A DNA stretch of 64,000 bases from Octopus sinensis (GCF_006345805.1 NC_043015.1:4464001-4528000), one strand, 5' to 3'; shown: positions 42,291 through 56,071, numbered from the stretch's first letter. Notes: a model not told the origin generated them from the sequence alone. Translations and numbers: made by a program.

Positions 42291-43072
42291 AAAATAAATG
42301 TAAGGGATGATGGGGAATGAGAAAGTCTAGGAATGCTAGACAGAGAGAGAGAAAATGAGTGAGTAGAAAGGCTAGAATAGAAGTTTGAGGGTGAGAGAAA
42401 GAAAAGGGGAAGGAATGTAGGAAAGAGAGAGTCACACGAGTCCACAAAAATACTTGTTAATAGAAATTCGATTTATGTTGTGTTCCATTATTTGATAAAT
42501 TAAATAAATGTCTAAATAAAGGACATACCGTATACTGAATATAAAACCGAGCAGAAGACCAACAAGAGATCCGTAATTCTTCATAAGTTATCGACTAATT
42601 TTTAATATTCAGTCTCGTACCTTTAACGATACATACAACACTGGAAAATTCATAGGTATTAACTTAAATCTTAAAGTATGTAAATATAAGCCAGAAACCA
42701 AATACTAGTTTAAAATGTGTAAATGGATATAGTAATCATCCAAGAAGCGTCATAAATAAATTAGTAAGAAATATTTCAAGAGGAATTTGAAACATTTTAT
42801 CGAAATGAAGATTACTATAACTTAGCACTCGTTAAAGCTGGGTAGAAAGAAGAATTATAATTCTACAGACAAAACATAGACTCTGAAAACAGAGTAATAT
42901 GACAAATGAGCACCAAAGGGATTATATTAATAAAGTAAACAGTAAATATAGAGGTAGACTCTGGGCTAAAAGTCGTATTAGAGTGAAATGACAGAGTAGT
43001 TAAAAGAATTAAATATTATCGACCCCAAGTTGTGAAAAATAGGTATAATTACATAATTTACATTACTGGTAT

Positions 43073-43690
43073 TGCATTATAATATGATACGAACACAATC
43101 TAAATCGTTCTATTGCTAAAATAAATGTGCTTATCTATTGACCGCCTCTTTAATTAATGTCTGTGTTGTAGTAAATGATATCACACAGACATTGAAATAA
43201 ATATCTATACATACATATCTAAGGTGTGCTTATTAGTAAATACTCCTAATACAAATATATGTATATATGTATATATGCAATATGTGTGCGATTGTGCGTG
43301 TATATGGCTCCATATATATATATATATATACAATGTTCGATTAATGCGTGAGTGATAGCGTGTCTACATAAATGAAGACTAATTTAACAGGCTCTTGCAT
43401 TTTATCGCACCGTTTATTGAAACTAATGGGTTATAAACACTCAATGTTAAACGGCTTAAATGCCCTCCAAGGAATCAGTGTGCAGACCATGGGCATTTTT
43501 CATGGTATTCACAGCAAATTTGTATCTGAAGTAGTTCGTATTCATTGCGTGTGCTGGTCTAACACACACACATAAACACACAAACACACACATACATACA
43601 TGCACATAAACACGCACTTCACACACTCATACATATAATAAATATACATATATACACATATATGTATGCGTATATGATTATGTATCTATA

Positions 43691-43729
<39 letters not shown>

Positions 43730-43907
43730 ATTACGATTATATACTAATAAGCACAAATTAGATATGTATATATAGATATTCATTTCTATTTGTGTGTGAA
43801 ATCATTTACTACAATACAAACATTAATTAAAGAGCCGGACAATAGAGAAGCACATTTATATTAGTAATAAAACGATTAAGATTGTTTTCCTATCATATTA
43901 TAATGCA
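43073..43907. mobile_element. Older foldback/MITE-like element with ~188-bp imperfect inverted arms
   Basis: 43073-43260 is the reverse complement of 43720-43907 with scattered mismatches. No clear TSD. Confidence 0.75.
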
Positions 43908-45917
43908 GTTGTATACTTCGTATCTATTTACGATAGAATCTTTTCCGGAAATAATAAATATTGTGTAATTACACATGGTCATATGTCAACCCATAATTCA
44001 GTCACTAAATCATCTTCTCTATGAGATGAAAATTTTGTACCCACTGGTGGCCTATCGGAGTTGAACATTCTAGGTTATATCGAAATGTATAATGAGTGTA
44101 CATATACATAAACATCAATGAAATTAGAAATGAAATTACACAGTACTACCATATATTTTGTTTATTTGAATAAACTATGTTTAATATTGGTCTGGTCTGC
44201 TACACACAACGTATTGCTTGTTAGCAGGCAGGGAATGTCCACTTCATTTGATGTTCAAAGACAACTTAATACGTACAAAGGAAGTCACCTTTCTTTACGT
44301 GTTTTAGACGTCTGTTGTTCTGCTCAGGTCATTTGGACACAACCCTTCAAGAATCAAATGATATTTGCTTTTTTAGAATATTTCTTTCTTGTATTAACCC
44401 GCACTATGTTGGTAGGATGTTGGTGGTAGGTTTACTGCAACCAGCATTTGAAGCAACGCGCGATGAAGCAAGCACTATGCTAAATGTCTATCTGAGACTT
44501 AGGCACTCATATTTGTCGACAAACAATTAGGTGGGTTACATATCTTTAATGTTGATGTATCACAACAAAGGTCATATGACCGATATGAACAGATTGTAAG
44601 TATATACGGGCAATCTGCATTTTTATGTCAACAAGACTTACGATGTATTTCCTAGTTATCTTGTCTAGAGGTTTGAAGATCTTTAAAAGCCAGTAAATAT
44701 CGTGATAAAAAGAAGTGTAAACTTTTGCCAAACACAAATAATCTTAACTTCCGCACAAATTTCGGAGATCTAGCACGCAAACAGTTGGAAAACTCAATGC
44801 AGTATAAACCATGATTTGAAAAGATATCCTAGGTCACTGTGATAAGATGATACAAGTACAGGTACGATAATGTTATTACGGAAATTTCCGTTTGAATGTA
44901 CCTGAACACCATAAAAAGAACAACTAACAGTCGTCAGCATACAAAGGTATCATGTTCCTCAGAGAATGCGATTAGGTTCCTAATGTCAATGCAGATGTCG
45001 TAGATCTGTTTTCTGTATGGTATGGAACTTGTAAATGGAAGATTCTATGGCTTCTAAATGTACGACTTAGCGGTATGGATGAAAAGGTTTTACTTTCGAT
45101 TTGGGCAGACATTTTTTTATGCAGAATCTTACAAATAAAATTCCAGGCCAAAACATCAGTATTCTTGCAGGAGGTACTTAACATATATAAACAACAAAAT
45201 TTAAACCAAATGCATGGTTTGAGTCGCTAATATAGTCACTTGATATCGTTTCCGAGCGATATAAATTTGTTAGGTCGAGATGTTCGTTTTGGTATCTAAA
45301 TAAATGAAAAAGTATACTAGGAATTTTATATATAAGTCAATTTATCATCTGTAATTCGTCGGTGGTGTCGCTAAGACAATGTATAATTATGTAGCTGTGA
45401 ATGGTCACCTCTCTGTGTATAAATACTTATAAACACTATATGTTATCTACTGGCTTTTATAATGCAAGCTAGACTTCGGTTTGAAATTTTATCTAAATTT
45501 TCTACCCTTATAATTTTCACAGTAAAATTTTCATAATTTCACAGCATTTTGATACGCAATTTTAATTTTATTGTTTGCTCCTAACTATGTTACTGCGCCT
45601 GCGCGGTTGAATTGAAGCATAATGTAAAAGTATGTACACACATGTGTATTTTCGGTACGTATTAGCTACATAGTTATGCACTATATTAGCGATCCCACTG
45701 ACGAAGTACGGATGGCAAATCAATGTATTCGTTCATTAATACAAAATATAGAATGGTTGTATACTGTCAAACTAACGTGAACGTGACATTAGGGGATTAC
45801 ACCACCGCTGTTTAGCCCTAGGAAACATCGACGCTTCCTGATGGCTTCGACACTTTTTTCCTGTGTCCTTATATATTTACGAAGGGGAGACAAACACCCC
45901 CAGCAGCCAGGCCTGCT

Positions 45918-45964
45918 TCTAACGACACGCATGTTTCAGGATCTTTGTCCATCATCGGTCTAGA
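45918..45964 (-). ncRNA. Hammerhead-like motif, left arm (CCGAUGA core variant)
   Basis: The minus strand reads UCUAGA-CCGAUGA-U-GGA-caaaga-UCC-U-GAAACAUGCGUGU-C-GUUAGA. Confidence 0.6.
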
Positions 45965-46221
45965 GTAGCAGACGCCCGCCAGCCGCAGATATCTGTCCCG
46001 ACCTCGCAAATATATATCTAATTTTCAGTGACGTTTATTCACGTTCACGTTTGATTGACAGTATACAACCTTTCTGTCGCCCCACCACCGTACATATCTC
46101 TATGAGATATTTAGAAATTTAGTATTTCTGATTTTGGTAATCAGTGAATAAACTTCACTGAAAATTAGATATATATTTCCGAGGTCGGGACAGATATCTG
46201 CGGCTGGCGGGCGTCTGCTAC

Positions 46222-46268
46222 TCTAGACCGATGATGGACAAAGATCCTGAAACATGCGTGTCTCTAGA
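46222..46268 (+). ncRNA. Hammerhead-like motif, right arm (CCGAUGA core variant)
   Basis: UCUAGA(46222-27)-CCGAUGA-U-GGA-caaaga-UCC-U-GAA-ACAUGCGUGU-C46262-UCUAGA(46263-68). 6-bp stem I and GUC triplet. Confidence 0.7.
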
Positions 46269-47639
46269 TACAGGCCTGGCTGCAGGGGGTGTTTGTCTCC
46301 CCTTCGTAAATATATAAGGACACAGGAAAAAATGTGTCGAAACCATCAGAAGTGTCGATGCTTCCTAGGGCTAAACAGCGGTGAGTAATCCCCTACTGTC
46401 ACGTTCACGTTAGATTGACAGTATACAACCATTCTATCGCCCCACCACCCTGCATATCACTTAACTATAAATCATTTTTTTTTTCAATCTCATTGGAATT
46501 ACATTTTTCCGTGCTTTGGGTTTGGCTGCCCTTTCTAGCATGTAAGGCATCCTGTCAAGGATCACCTCTTTGTGTATAAATACTTATATACTATTATATA
46601 CGAAGAACATATGTATACACATACACATAAGCATATACATACTGCACACGCTTCCACCATTTTTCAACCTATCTGGCTACCTATATGTGTGTGTGTGTGT
46701 GTACATATAGAGAATGAGAGCGAGAGAATGGGTGGGAGAAAGTGAGCGAGTCAGAGAGATGTGACATCCACTGGAATGTTGGATGTGAGTAGCAGAGATG
46801 AAAGCTAATTTATAGTCTCGCTCCAATTTGGTTGTCAATATCAGAAACTGCAATATGTAATGAGGATCACAGTCAATCAAATTACGCTACGTTTCCGTGA
46901 AATGGAGAAATGTTTCACTTCCTTAAATCGATTTATATGGTTAGTAATTTGTTGATCAGAAACAGATGAGTGGAAAGAAAATTCATTATACCTATATTGC
47001 CATACATTGGCCGGAAAATCTTTGATCAATGTAATCATTGCCGATGCATATATTGTGAATTATTGAAGATCAAAGTGCGCAATTTTCCTGCAAAAATAAT
47101 TTCCTCCTCGCAGAAAGAAGTTGAAGATCTGCTTCAATGAAGGAAAATCTTATTGGCTATTTACATTGCTAGGATTGTAACGTAAATTACTGAATGACTT
47201 CCTCTACTCTGATATGTCAATTTTATTACCACATTGATCATACCACGCAAATAAAGTCAACGTGGTTTACTCATCTGTCGCATTTCGAGAACGAGAAGCC
47301 CCAGATCCCTTAACTAAAACCTTTTCTCTTCGATTTGACTTTCTGATATAATGATCATGAGACCATTGCTCATAAAAGAATGATGAGCAGTATAATGTTT
47401 AGGAAAATGATTCAAACTATCAGAAATGGTCTGAAGACAGACCTCTGAAAATACTAACGATAGAAATTAATGCCCATATAAAATGTACAGATTTTGCAGG
47501 CTAAATGCGACGGCTTTATCCCTCCTTTATTCAGCAGCGGCGTTCGGGATCATCAAAATCTTAGTTTCGTTAAAGCTTTCGTAGAGTACCGGGAAGCCAT
47601 TTGAATATCGGAAATTGATATTTCGCGACGTGTATCAAG

Positions 47640-48240
47640 AAGTTGACATCTTGGGGGTTGCTCAATACTCTGTAAAAACTGTATAGACTGTAAAACGGGA
47701 CGAGGTCTTCTCCATCAGGAAAGGACAGAGCAAGCGTTTTTGCACCTCCACCGGTCAGAACACATCCTCAAATCATTGAACAATTCTGACGGCTATGTGA
47801 AGCTGATGAAGACAGGTTGTTCCCTAGCTGGAATGATTTGCACCTGGAAGGCCATATAGTGTGTCTACACTACTCGGTTCTTTACCAAACCTCCGGAGCG
47901 AGTTCAACTGTGGTTGTTGGAAAGAAATCTACGAGGTCATCAGTCCCAGTTTTTGGTATCGTAACTCTCCCTGATTATAATCCGGTGGATTACTATATAC
48001 GGGGTGCTGTTCAAAAGGACACTAACCATCCTTATCATAAACACCCTAGCTGGGGTCAGTGATGACGCTAAAAGAGATGTTCGAATATGGCGCGCACCAT
48101 TTTTCGGAGCTACCTTGAAGCTGAGGTGGAAGGTGAGTGCAGCTACTTCTTATTCCGAAATATTTTACTCTTAGCTGAAACACACGACATTTATACGGTC
48201 GGAAATCCAGGATTTTTCTACACATTCAGAAAGTCAGTAC
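47640..48240 (+). mobile_element. maT/DD37D-like mariner relic
   Basis: LNNSDGYVKLMKT, LPDYNPVDYYIRGAVQKDTN and a C-terminal YLEAEVEGE. Confidence 0.7.
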
Positions 48241-48370
48241 TGTCATGAATTCCAACAGAGCAGATAGAGTGGACATAGAGTGAGGCGCTGCGTTAAAAAA
48301 AAAACCCAAAAAACTATCATTTTACCCTACCAGGACTTGATATTTGTATACTATATGTATATATTATTTT

Positions 48371-48580
48371 ACATGTTTCAGTTATTTGACAGCGGCCATG
48401 CTCGAGCACCGCATTTAATCGAAATAATCAACCCTAGGACTTATTATTTGTATGCCAAGTACTTATACTATCGGTCTCTTTTGTCGAAACGCTAAGTTAC
48501 GGGTAAGTAAGCGCACCAACATCGGTTGCCAATTGATGGTGGGGACAAACACAGAGACAAAAATAAATACACACACACAC
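48371..48580 (-). mobile_element. SINE family A, 3' half
   Basis: gtttcagttatttgacagcggccatgctcgagcaccgc...gctaagttacggg. Confidence 0.85.
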
Positions 48581-48591
48581 ACACACATATG

Positions 48592-48631
<40 letters not shown>

Positions 48632-49742
48632 CATAAAAAACACACGCACACACAGACATATATGTTCTGAGTTTTAAATACTTAATATCTGAATAGAATA
48701 TTTTGTTTTATTTTTCTTACAATCAAACTGTCAAATTTAGCCCGAACCCCGTGACTATACTCTACATTCATTGGGTGATTTGCCGTTGGAAGATAATATG
48801 CAAACTTAATGAATTTGAGAACGTTTTACCTCTAATTATGTTCGGGATTGGAGAGTGCTTTATATTCCCGGGGTCATTCTAAATAAAAAAATATATTCAG
48901 TTAATAAGTGTATATGTTTCTTTTTCTCTTTGGTTACTAGAGGATATATAAATGTATGAGTTAAACGCATCCATTACGTATTGGGTTGGTCTACCTTGTA
49001 AATTTTAGAGGTTTCTAATTTCTAGTGATCAACTCAATAATTATCAAAAGTAGTTAAATCTGAATATAGAAAATTGGCTGGTCAACATACATTTCTAATT
49101 CTATGACTTGAATTAAAAGGAATTACACAACATATGAACACGTTGGATACGGCTACATATGCAGTTATTTCTTCTCTTAGTGGGACATCTTTTATACGTA
49201 TTGTAGCGTTTCTAGTTGCTGAATATCTATACGTGTAATTTGTTAGCGTACGTTTATAACTCATACACTTCTAGTCACGCCATAAGTAAAATGGCGGAGT
49301 GTTTATTCTTCGCGGGGCTCCAACCCATATATTTTGGCACATAAATCAATTACTGAATGAATATTGTATCTTATTGATTCAATGAGAGAATATTTTAATC
49401 CGCTTCTTGATGGGCACTAATGCATATAAATGTAGAAACGTACTTCTTTACTGGTGGTTGCCCCTGCCGTCTCCTTCATCACTATATAAACATATATATG
49501 TGTGTGTGTGTATTATGTATGTATATATGTATGTATGTGTGTGTTCTTGTGAGTGTTTCTGTGTGTATTTGGCTTCGTATCGGCGTGTGTGTAATTGTGC
49601 GTGTGTAAGTGTGCACGTACTAATAAATAAATTTTAATATATTAGTAAAAAAAATAATTATATAAATATATAAGTATATAAATATATATATATGTGTGTA
49701 TATGTTTAGATATATATATATATATATATATACACACAAATA

Positions 49743-49782
<40 letters not shown>

Positions 49783-49800
49783 TTGTTTTGTTTTGTTTTT

Positions 49801-49961
49801 CCAGTTTCAGCTCTTGAGCTGTGGCCATGCTGGGGCACCGCCATTGTGGTGAAAGAGTACAGCAGGGATCACCACCCCCTGCCGGAGCCTCGTAGAGCTT
49901 TTAGGTGTTTTTTCGCTCAATAAACACACACAACGCCCGGTCTGAGAATCGAAACCGCGAT
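49801..49961 (-). mobile_element. Chimeric SINE: family B head plus family A/RTE-type tail
   Basis: Reverse strand reads atcgcggtttcgattc...gtactctttcaccacaat-ggcggtgccccagcatggccacagctc. Confidence 0.85.
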
Positions 49962-50152
49962 ATATATATATATATTGAAGATTATCATTGAATAATTTTC
50001 TGATGATTTCTGGTGGGGTTAACCATGTTTGTGCGCATCGATCTGGTAAAATCTTGAAATGTTTGATTTCAAGTGATACAAAGTCTATGAATGAGCAAAG
50101 ATACGCAGAGGTCAAGCATCCGCTGATCAGTAGAATACAAATATCACCAGGT

Positions 50153-50745
50153 GGCGAGCTGGCATAATCGTTAACACGTACGCTAAAATGCTTAGCGGTA
50201 TTTCGTCTGCCGTTACGTTCTGACTTCAAATTCCGCCGAGGTCGACTTTGACTTTTATCCTTTCGGGGTTGATTAAATAAGTAACAGTTACGCACCGGGG
50301 TCGCTACTATCGACTTAACCCATTTGTCTGTCCTTGTTTGTCCTGTCTGTGTTTAGCCCCTTGTGGGTAGTAAAGAAATAGGTATTTCGTCAGCCGTTAC
50401 TTTTTGAGTTCAAATTCCGCCGAGGTCGACTTTGCCTTTGGGGTCGATTAATCAAGTACCAGTTTTACACTGGAGTCGATGTAATCGTCTTAATCACTTT
50501 GTTTGTCCTTCTTTGTCTCTTCTATGTTTAGCCCCTTGTGGACAATAAAGAAATAAGAAACGTTAGCATCCCGGGTGAAATGCTTAACGGTATCACGCCT
50601 GTGTTTATGTTCTGAGTTCAAATTTCCCCGAAGTCAAGTCTGCCTTTGATCCTTTCAAGGTCGATAAATTAAGTTGCGTACTGGGATCGACTTAAGCGAC
50701 TGGCAACCTCCCCCTATATTTTGGTCCTTGAGCATAGAGTAAAAA
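50153..50745 (+). mobile_element. Multimeric SINE family C (dimer plus a third, more diverged unit)
   Basis: Units restart at about 50381 (gtatttcgtcagccgtt) and 50560 (cgttagcatcccgggtgaaatgc). Confidence 0.85.
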
Positions 50746-51462
50746 ACAATATAGTTGTAATGTTTTCGTAAGACAACCAATGTCATATTTAAACAGCTGT
50801 GTCTATGTGTTGTGCTCCCTGACACACTGACATAATATATGAGTTGAAATATAACACAGTAAATATAAAACAGTAAGCGTTTGATCATTGTCAATATAAT
50901 ACAGATGGTATTACGTTCATAAAAATTGTTATCTTCCAAATAAAACAAACCACTGCAAATTTCTCAGATTATCAACAAACCCGAATATGAAGAATTTGGA
51001 ACACATAATTTAATAGTAAGCTTTGAACATTACCTCAGATGTTCTAATATATCGTTTTTTTGAGGAGTGTTTCAAATGTGCCTGATGCAGTAAATTCAGA
51101 AATAAAAGTTCCATGTTTGAATATAATATCTTTAGTTTTGTTAGTGAATATATGGCCCTATTTTGTTTTCATGCTTACGGAAGATCTCATAGGTAGAATA
51201 GAAGTCAAGTATAAAAAATTGAATACTCGTATTGTGTTGTACAAAATATAACCCATATACAACTATAAAATATATTTTACAATCATACATATTTACATAT
51301 ATATATGGAGATGCGAACTGTACGCATACCGTACACATGTAAAAGTACCAACAAAATGCCCAGTCGTTGCACATACTAAAAAATTCAATCTATCAGCATA
51401 AGTGAATTTCTCATGTTTAGATATTTTTCCTCTTTATAACTGTTTATCACTCATTATCATTC

Positions 51463-51507
<45 letters not shown>

Positions 51508-51660
51508 TTGTGTGTGTGTGTATGTATGTATATATATGTATGAATACACACATATCTATATAGATAGATAGGTAGGTTGATATATATATACATCTGTATG
51601 TGTGCGCATGAGTGTAAATGTATACTTCAATACACTCACACACACACACACAGATATGTG

Positions 51661-51727
<67 letters not shown>

Positions 51728-51949
51728 ATTTATATAAGCATTTACATGTATATGTGAATAAATATATATATGAAAGTACATACAGCGTGTCCATAAAGTC
51801 GTTTTGCAATTTAAAACGTTTAATACAAATGAATTTATAAGATGTTTTAATCGGACTTATTCTATTGTAGTCAGTCGTTTTCAAAGATTTTACTCTCATT
51901 ACATTTTTGTGTGTCAGGCATCCTGCAGTTTAAAGGGGCATATTTTTGA

Positions 51950-52340
51950 ATGGACTACTAAGAAACGGCTACTTCCCAAGATAGGGCAGAACGTGTATCA
52001 TGGTTTACTGAGACAATATCTGATACGCAGATTCAATGAAACTACAGAACAAAGTATGGAAGAGATACACCATCACGTCTGTTCATTCGTACATGGCACA
52101 AGAGATTTATAGAGGCAAGGACAGTCAGTGTTATACAGAAAGAGGAGTTGGTTACCAAGGACATTTGAAGACATTAATGATCGTGTGAGAGAAACCTGCT
52201 CTCGTTCTCTCACAAAGACCATCCGAACTGCTGCCAGACAGTTTGAGCCTCCACGTTCAAAAGTAGACGCGGTCCCACAAAAGAAACTGCGATTGTACGC
52301 TTAATAAATGACAATCCTGCAGGCAATGGAGGCAAAGGTT
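51950..52340 (+). mobile_element. Tc1/mariner N-terminal HTH relic
   Basis: ATSQDRAERVSWFTETISDTQIQ*NYRTKYGRDTPSR..IRTWHKRF...SLTKTIRTAARQFEPPRSKV...KKLRLYA. Confidence 0.8.
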
Positions 52341-52384
52341 GAACAAAAACGAACAATATGTATACATATATACCTATAAAGCTA

Positions 52385-52422
52385 TATATCTATATCTATC
52401 TACCTATCTATCTGTCTATCTG

Positions 52423-52488
<66 letters not shown>

Positions 52489-52564
52489 ATCTATCTATCT
52501 ATCTATCTATCTATATATATATATATAGATATATATATAGATATATATATATATAGATATATAT

Positions 52565-52646
<82 letters not shown>

Positions 52647-52720
52647 ATACAGACATATATATACATATATATAATATGTCTCGAAGTATAATAGATATGT
52701 GTGTGTGTGTGTGTGTGTGT
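52385..52720. repeat. (TATC)n/(TA)n/(GT)n compound microsatellite
   Basis: Direct reading of the sequence. Confidence 0.95.
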
Positions 52721-55108
52721 GTTTTTATGTCTATATATATACATGTATAAACATACATATATTTCAATTATATTTAATATATTGTGTGTGCATACATGCA
52801 TGTTGGTTTGTGTGAATATCTGTGTACAAGTTATGCTCACGCACACACACTTCACTATATACATTTATACGAATGTCTGTGTTTGCGTGCAATTCTGTGT
52901 GTTTCAGTGTCTGCGAGCATTGTTCAAGAAAAATTTGTATTATAATTTAAGTAGTTCTCCATCTATAACATTTTGTAAAATGTCAGTTGAAATATTTTTC
53001 AAAGCAATTGCTTATGTCTATAATGCACTCCGTTCTTACATATATCATCATACGAAATTAACTGGGAATATTTCCAGGTTCGCAAAGAAATTATAAAATT
53101 TCTAGCCATATATCATCTACATATATATTGTTTGTTGACATTACTAGAGTCTAGTTTAATATTTCATGTCTAGGCATGGTGCCTAAATTTTGGTAAACAA
53201 CAACCAAACGCACTATGGTGTGTTACTTTCAACGATGGCAATTATTATGATGATGAGGGGGAGTTGTGGGTGGCGGAGGATAGTTGAAAATTACAATCGT
53301 GATGTTGTTGATGCTGGTGATACGAATTAGAATAAACAAAACAACTTAGAGTACAACAACAGAGAAAAAGCCAGTACTTCACAAAATAACAAAACAAAGA
53401 AGGTGAATATCATAAACTACAAATACAAAGCCTAAAGCCGAAAGCGCCATTAACAAGAACATCAAATGTAATTGTTACTTTCACGCAATAACTTAAACGC
53501 ACTTAATGCTCATAAAACAAATATACACATTGTTGCACGCAAATTCAGTAATATTCACAAAACACACGGATGGCAATGGAAATAAGGAAAACAGTGTACA
53601 ACTACATTAGCTGGAAATCGAATTAAAAATAAACTCTTACCCACGAGAGAGTAATACGAAGGATACCGCTAAGCGGCCGTGCATTTCCAAGATTTCCCAT
53701 GGAATGAAAATAAATTAATACACACACACACACACATATTTATCATTACACATGTTGATTCTACACAGACTTAGAATCCCTTTGCACAAGCACACCTGTA
53801 AAGGGATTAAAATGAATGCCCAGGTGAATTTGTGGTGTTTCTTTTTAAGTAAGCTTCAAATCCGACAATACCTTTTACACAGCAGCACATAAGGTACCCC
53901 CACAGTACTTCTACAACGTCACCGTACCGAAAAACATAAAAGTACAAATTATCACTCACAAATAAATATTGTATATATATAGAGAGAGAGATAGCTGCAA
54001 TGGAATACTAGTTTTCCAGAAGCACAATATCAGAGCAATAGTAATTTGGACACTGATGTGAAATTGAAATACTCCACTGTGTGTACCTCCATTATACACA
54101 AGTTTATGAGACACATGATGATTTAGTGAATGTAAAATGCCAAGAATGTATTGTTAAATGTTATAGCCGATTTCCAATTTAGCATTCACATAGTATAAAT
54201 GGGAACTAAAGTCTGTAACGCTACGAAGTTCGGCTGATAATAGGCATGGCATGGTTGTGATCAGTATCAATATATATAGGGCTTAAAAACACCGAAATAT
54301 TCAACACACACACACACACAGACACACACACACACACCACACACACACACTCACTCACACACACACACATATATATATATATAAACATCGCCTACAATAT
54401 TGTTTCTGTTATTATTATTCTTAAATTGTTACACTAGATAATAACAGAGTCAATGATATTTTCGCAAATTTTTTTCTTCGTAAATTATTCTCGTAAATTA
54501 TTGGCTCCATATTGAAATTATTTTCAAACTGGTGATGCCAATATGTCGGCGCAAAGCGAATCAGTTGTAGCACAGACATCAACACGACGGTTTGAGGGTA
54601 TCTGTCATGGTAACGTGTACTGAGGGAGTAGGGCCTATTTTGCCAGTGCAGAAACCGGTCCACGTGAAACTAAATGCACGTTGAGAGATTCTCTTACATT
54701 GTTTACTCCAGGACAGTTGATATCTGCAGTTATTATCGGTATATTTTAGCGATTCAAATATGAGTTTTGACTGTTTAAACCTTCAACTATTTAATACTTT
54801 TTGCTTGGGGGGGGGCGTCAATTTCCTATATTATTGATCCTGTTAGTATCATATTTAAATTGTTACACAAGATACTAACGCAGACAATGATATATTCAGG
54901 ACTACTACCACCGCCTCGGACAAGGAGTCGGATCACTGTTCTTCGTTCTTCTTTCATGCACATTAACTAGTAGTGGAGCGGCCATGCTCCAATTGTACAG
55001 CCAGAAAGAAAGAAATGGCGCGAGCAGGCTCAAATAGCGATCACATGATTTTAAGGGGTCAATACTGGTCAAAACCTATCAAAGTACACAGATACACACA
55101 CACACACA

Positions 55109-55184
<76 letters not shown>

Positions 55185-55187
<3 letters not shown>

Positions 55188-56071
55188 TATATTATTTGTT
55201 TTAGTCATTTGACTGCAGCCATGCTGGAGCCACAACCATGTGCAGAAGTCAGGGTGTCAATATTAATATATGTTATGGAGAAAGGGTGGATAATTTTTGA
55301 ATTCCCCTCGTATATATATTATAATAAATTAGAGACAAAACCACTCTTATGCAAATCAAACAAAGAAAGACTTAAGCCAATACATAACATAATTTATATG
55401 AATTAAAATTTAACAAATGAATTTAATTTATATAATTATTTTATGTATTGGCTTAAGTCTTTCTTTTTTTGATTTGCATAACAGTGGCTTTGTCTCTAAT
55501 TTATTATAATATAATCTTTTATTATAAAATTGGATTGAATCTTAAATCTGATTTTTCCTTGTAAATTTGGATTTATTCCCTAATATTTATTATTATATAC
55601 ATATATATATATATAATATATATATTATATATATATATATATATTATATATATATATATATACTATATTATTTGTTTTAGTCATTTGACTGCAGCCATGC
55701 TGGAGCCACAACCATGTGCAGAAGTCAGGGTGTCAATATTAAATATATGTTATGGAGAAAGGGTGGATAATTTTTGAATTCCCCTCGTATATATATTATA
55801 ATAAATTAGAGACAAAACCACTCTTATGCAAATCAAACAAAGAAAGACTTAAGCCAATACATAACATAATTTATATGAATTAAAATTTAACAAATGAATT
55901 TAATTTATATAAATTATTTTATGTATTGGCTTAAGTCTTTCTTTTTTTGATTTGCATAACAGTGGCTTTGTCTCTAATTTATTATAATATAATCTTTTAT
56001 TATAAAATTGGATTGAATCTTAAATCTGATTTTTCCTTGTAAATTTGGATTTATTCCCTAATATTTATTAT

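Larger units (their letters stand above)
45749..46458. mobile_element. Foldback element with ~294-bp arms (45749-46042 / 46144-46436), an internal copy of its 3' end and a hammerhead in each arm; probably an inverted PLE pseudo-LTR insertion
   Basis: Arms are reverse complementary. 46041-46098 matches 46401-46458 at 53 of 58 nt. Homologous to 1-337. TATA-like tatataagg at about 46311 and donor-like cagcg/gtgagt at 46381. Confidence 0.85.

Noticed and set aside
45749-46500. Non-autonomous DIRS-like element (ITRs plus ICR)
   Set aside because: The internal copy is a direct repeat of the right end rather than the complement of both termini. Hammerhead motifs in the arms fit a PLE pLTR or retrozyme better. 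Not fully excluded.
47430-47455. CTGAAGA-caga-cc-tctg-AAA
   Set aside because: Two-nucleotide loop that consumes G12, and no stems I or III.
48979-49330. Short inverted tattgggttgg/ccaacccata ends suggesting a mariner MITE, with an AAAATGGCGG motif
   Set aside because: The match is only about 10 bp and imperfect, with no further support.
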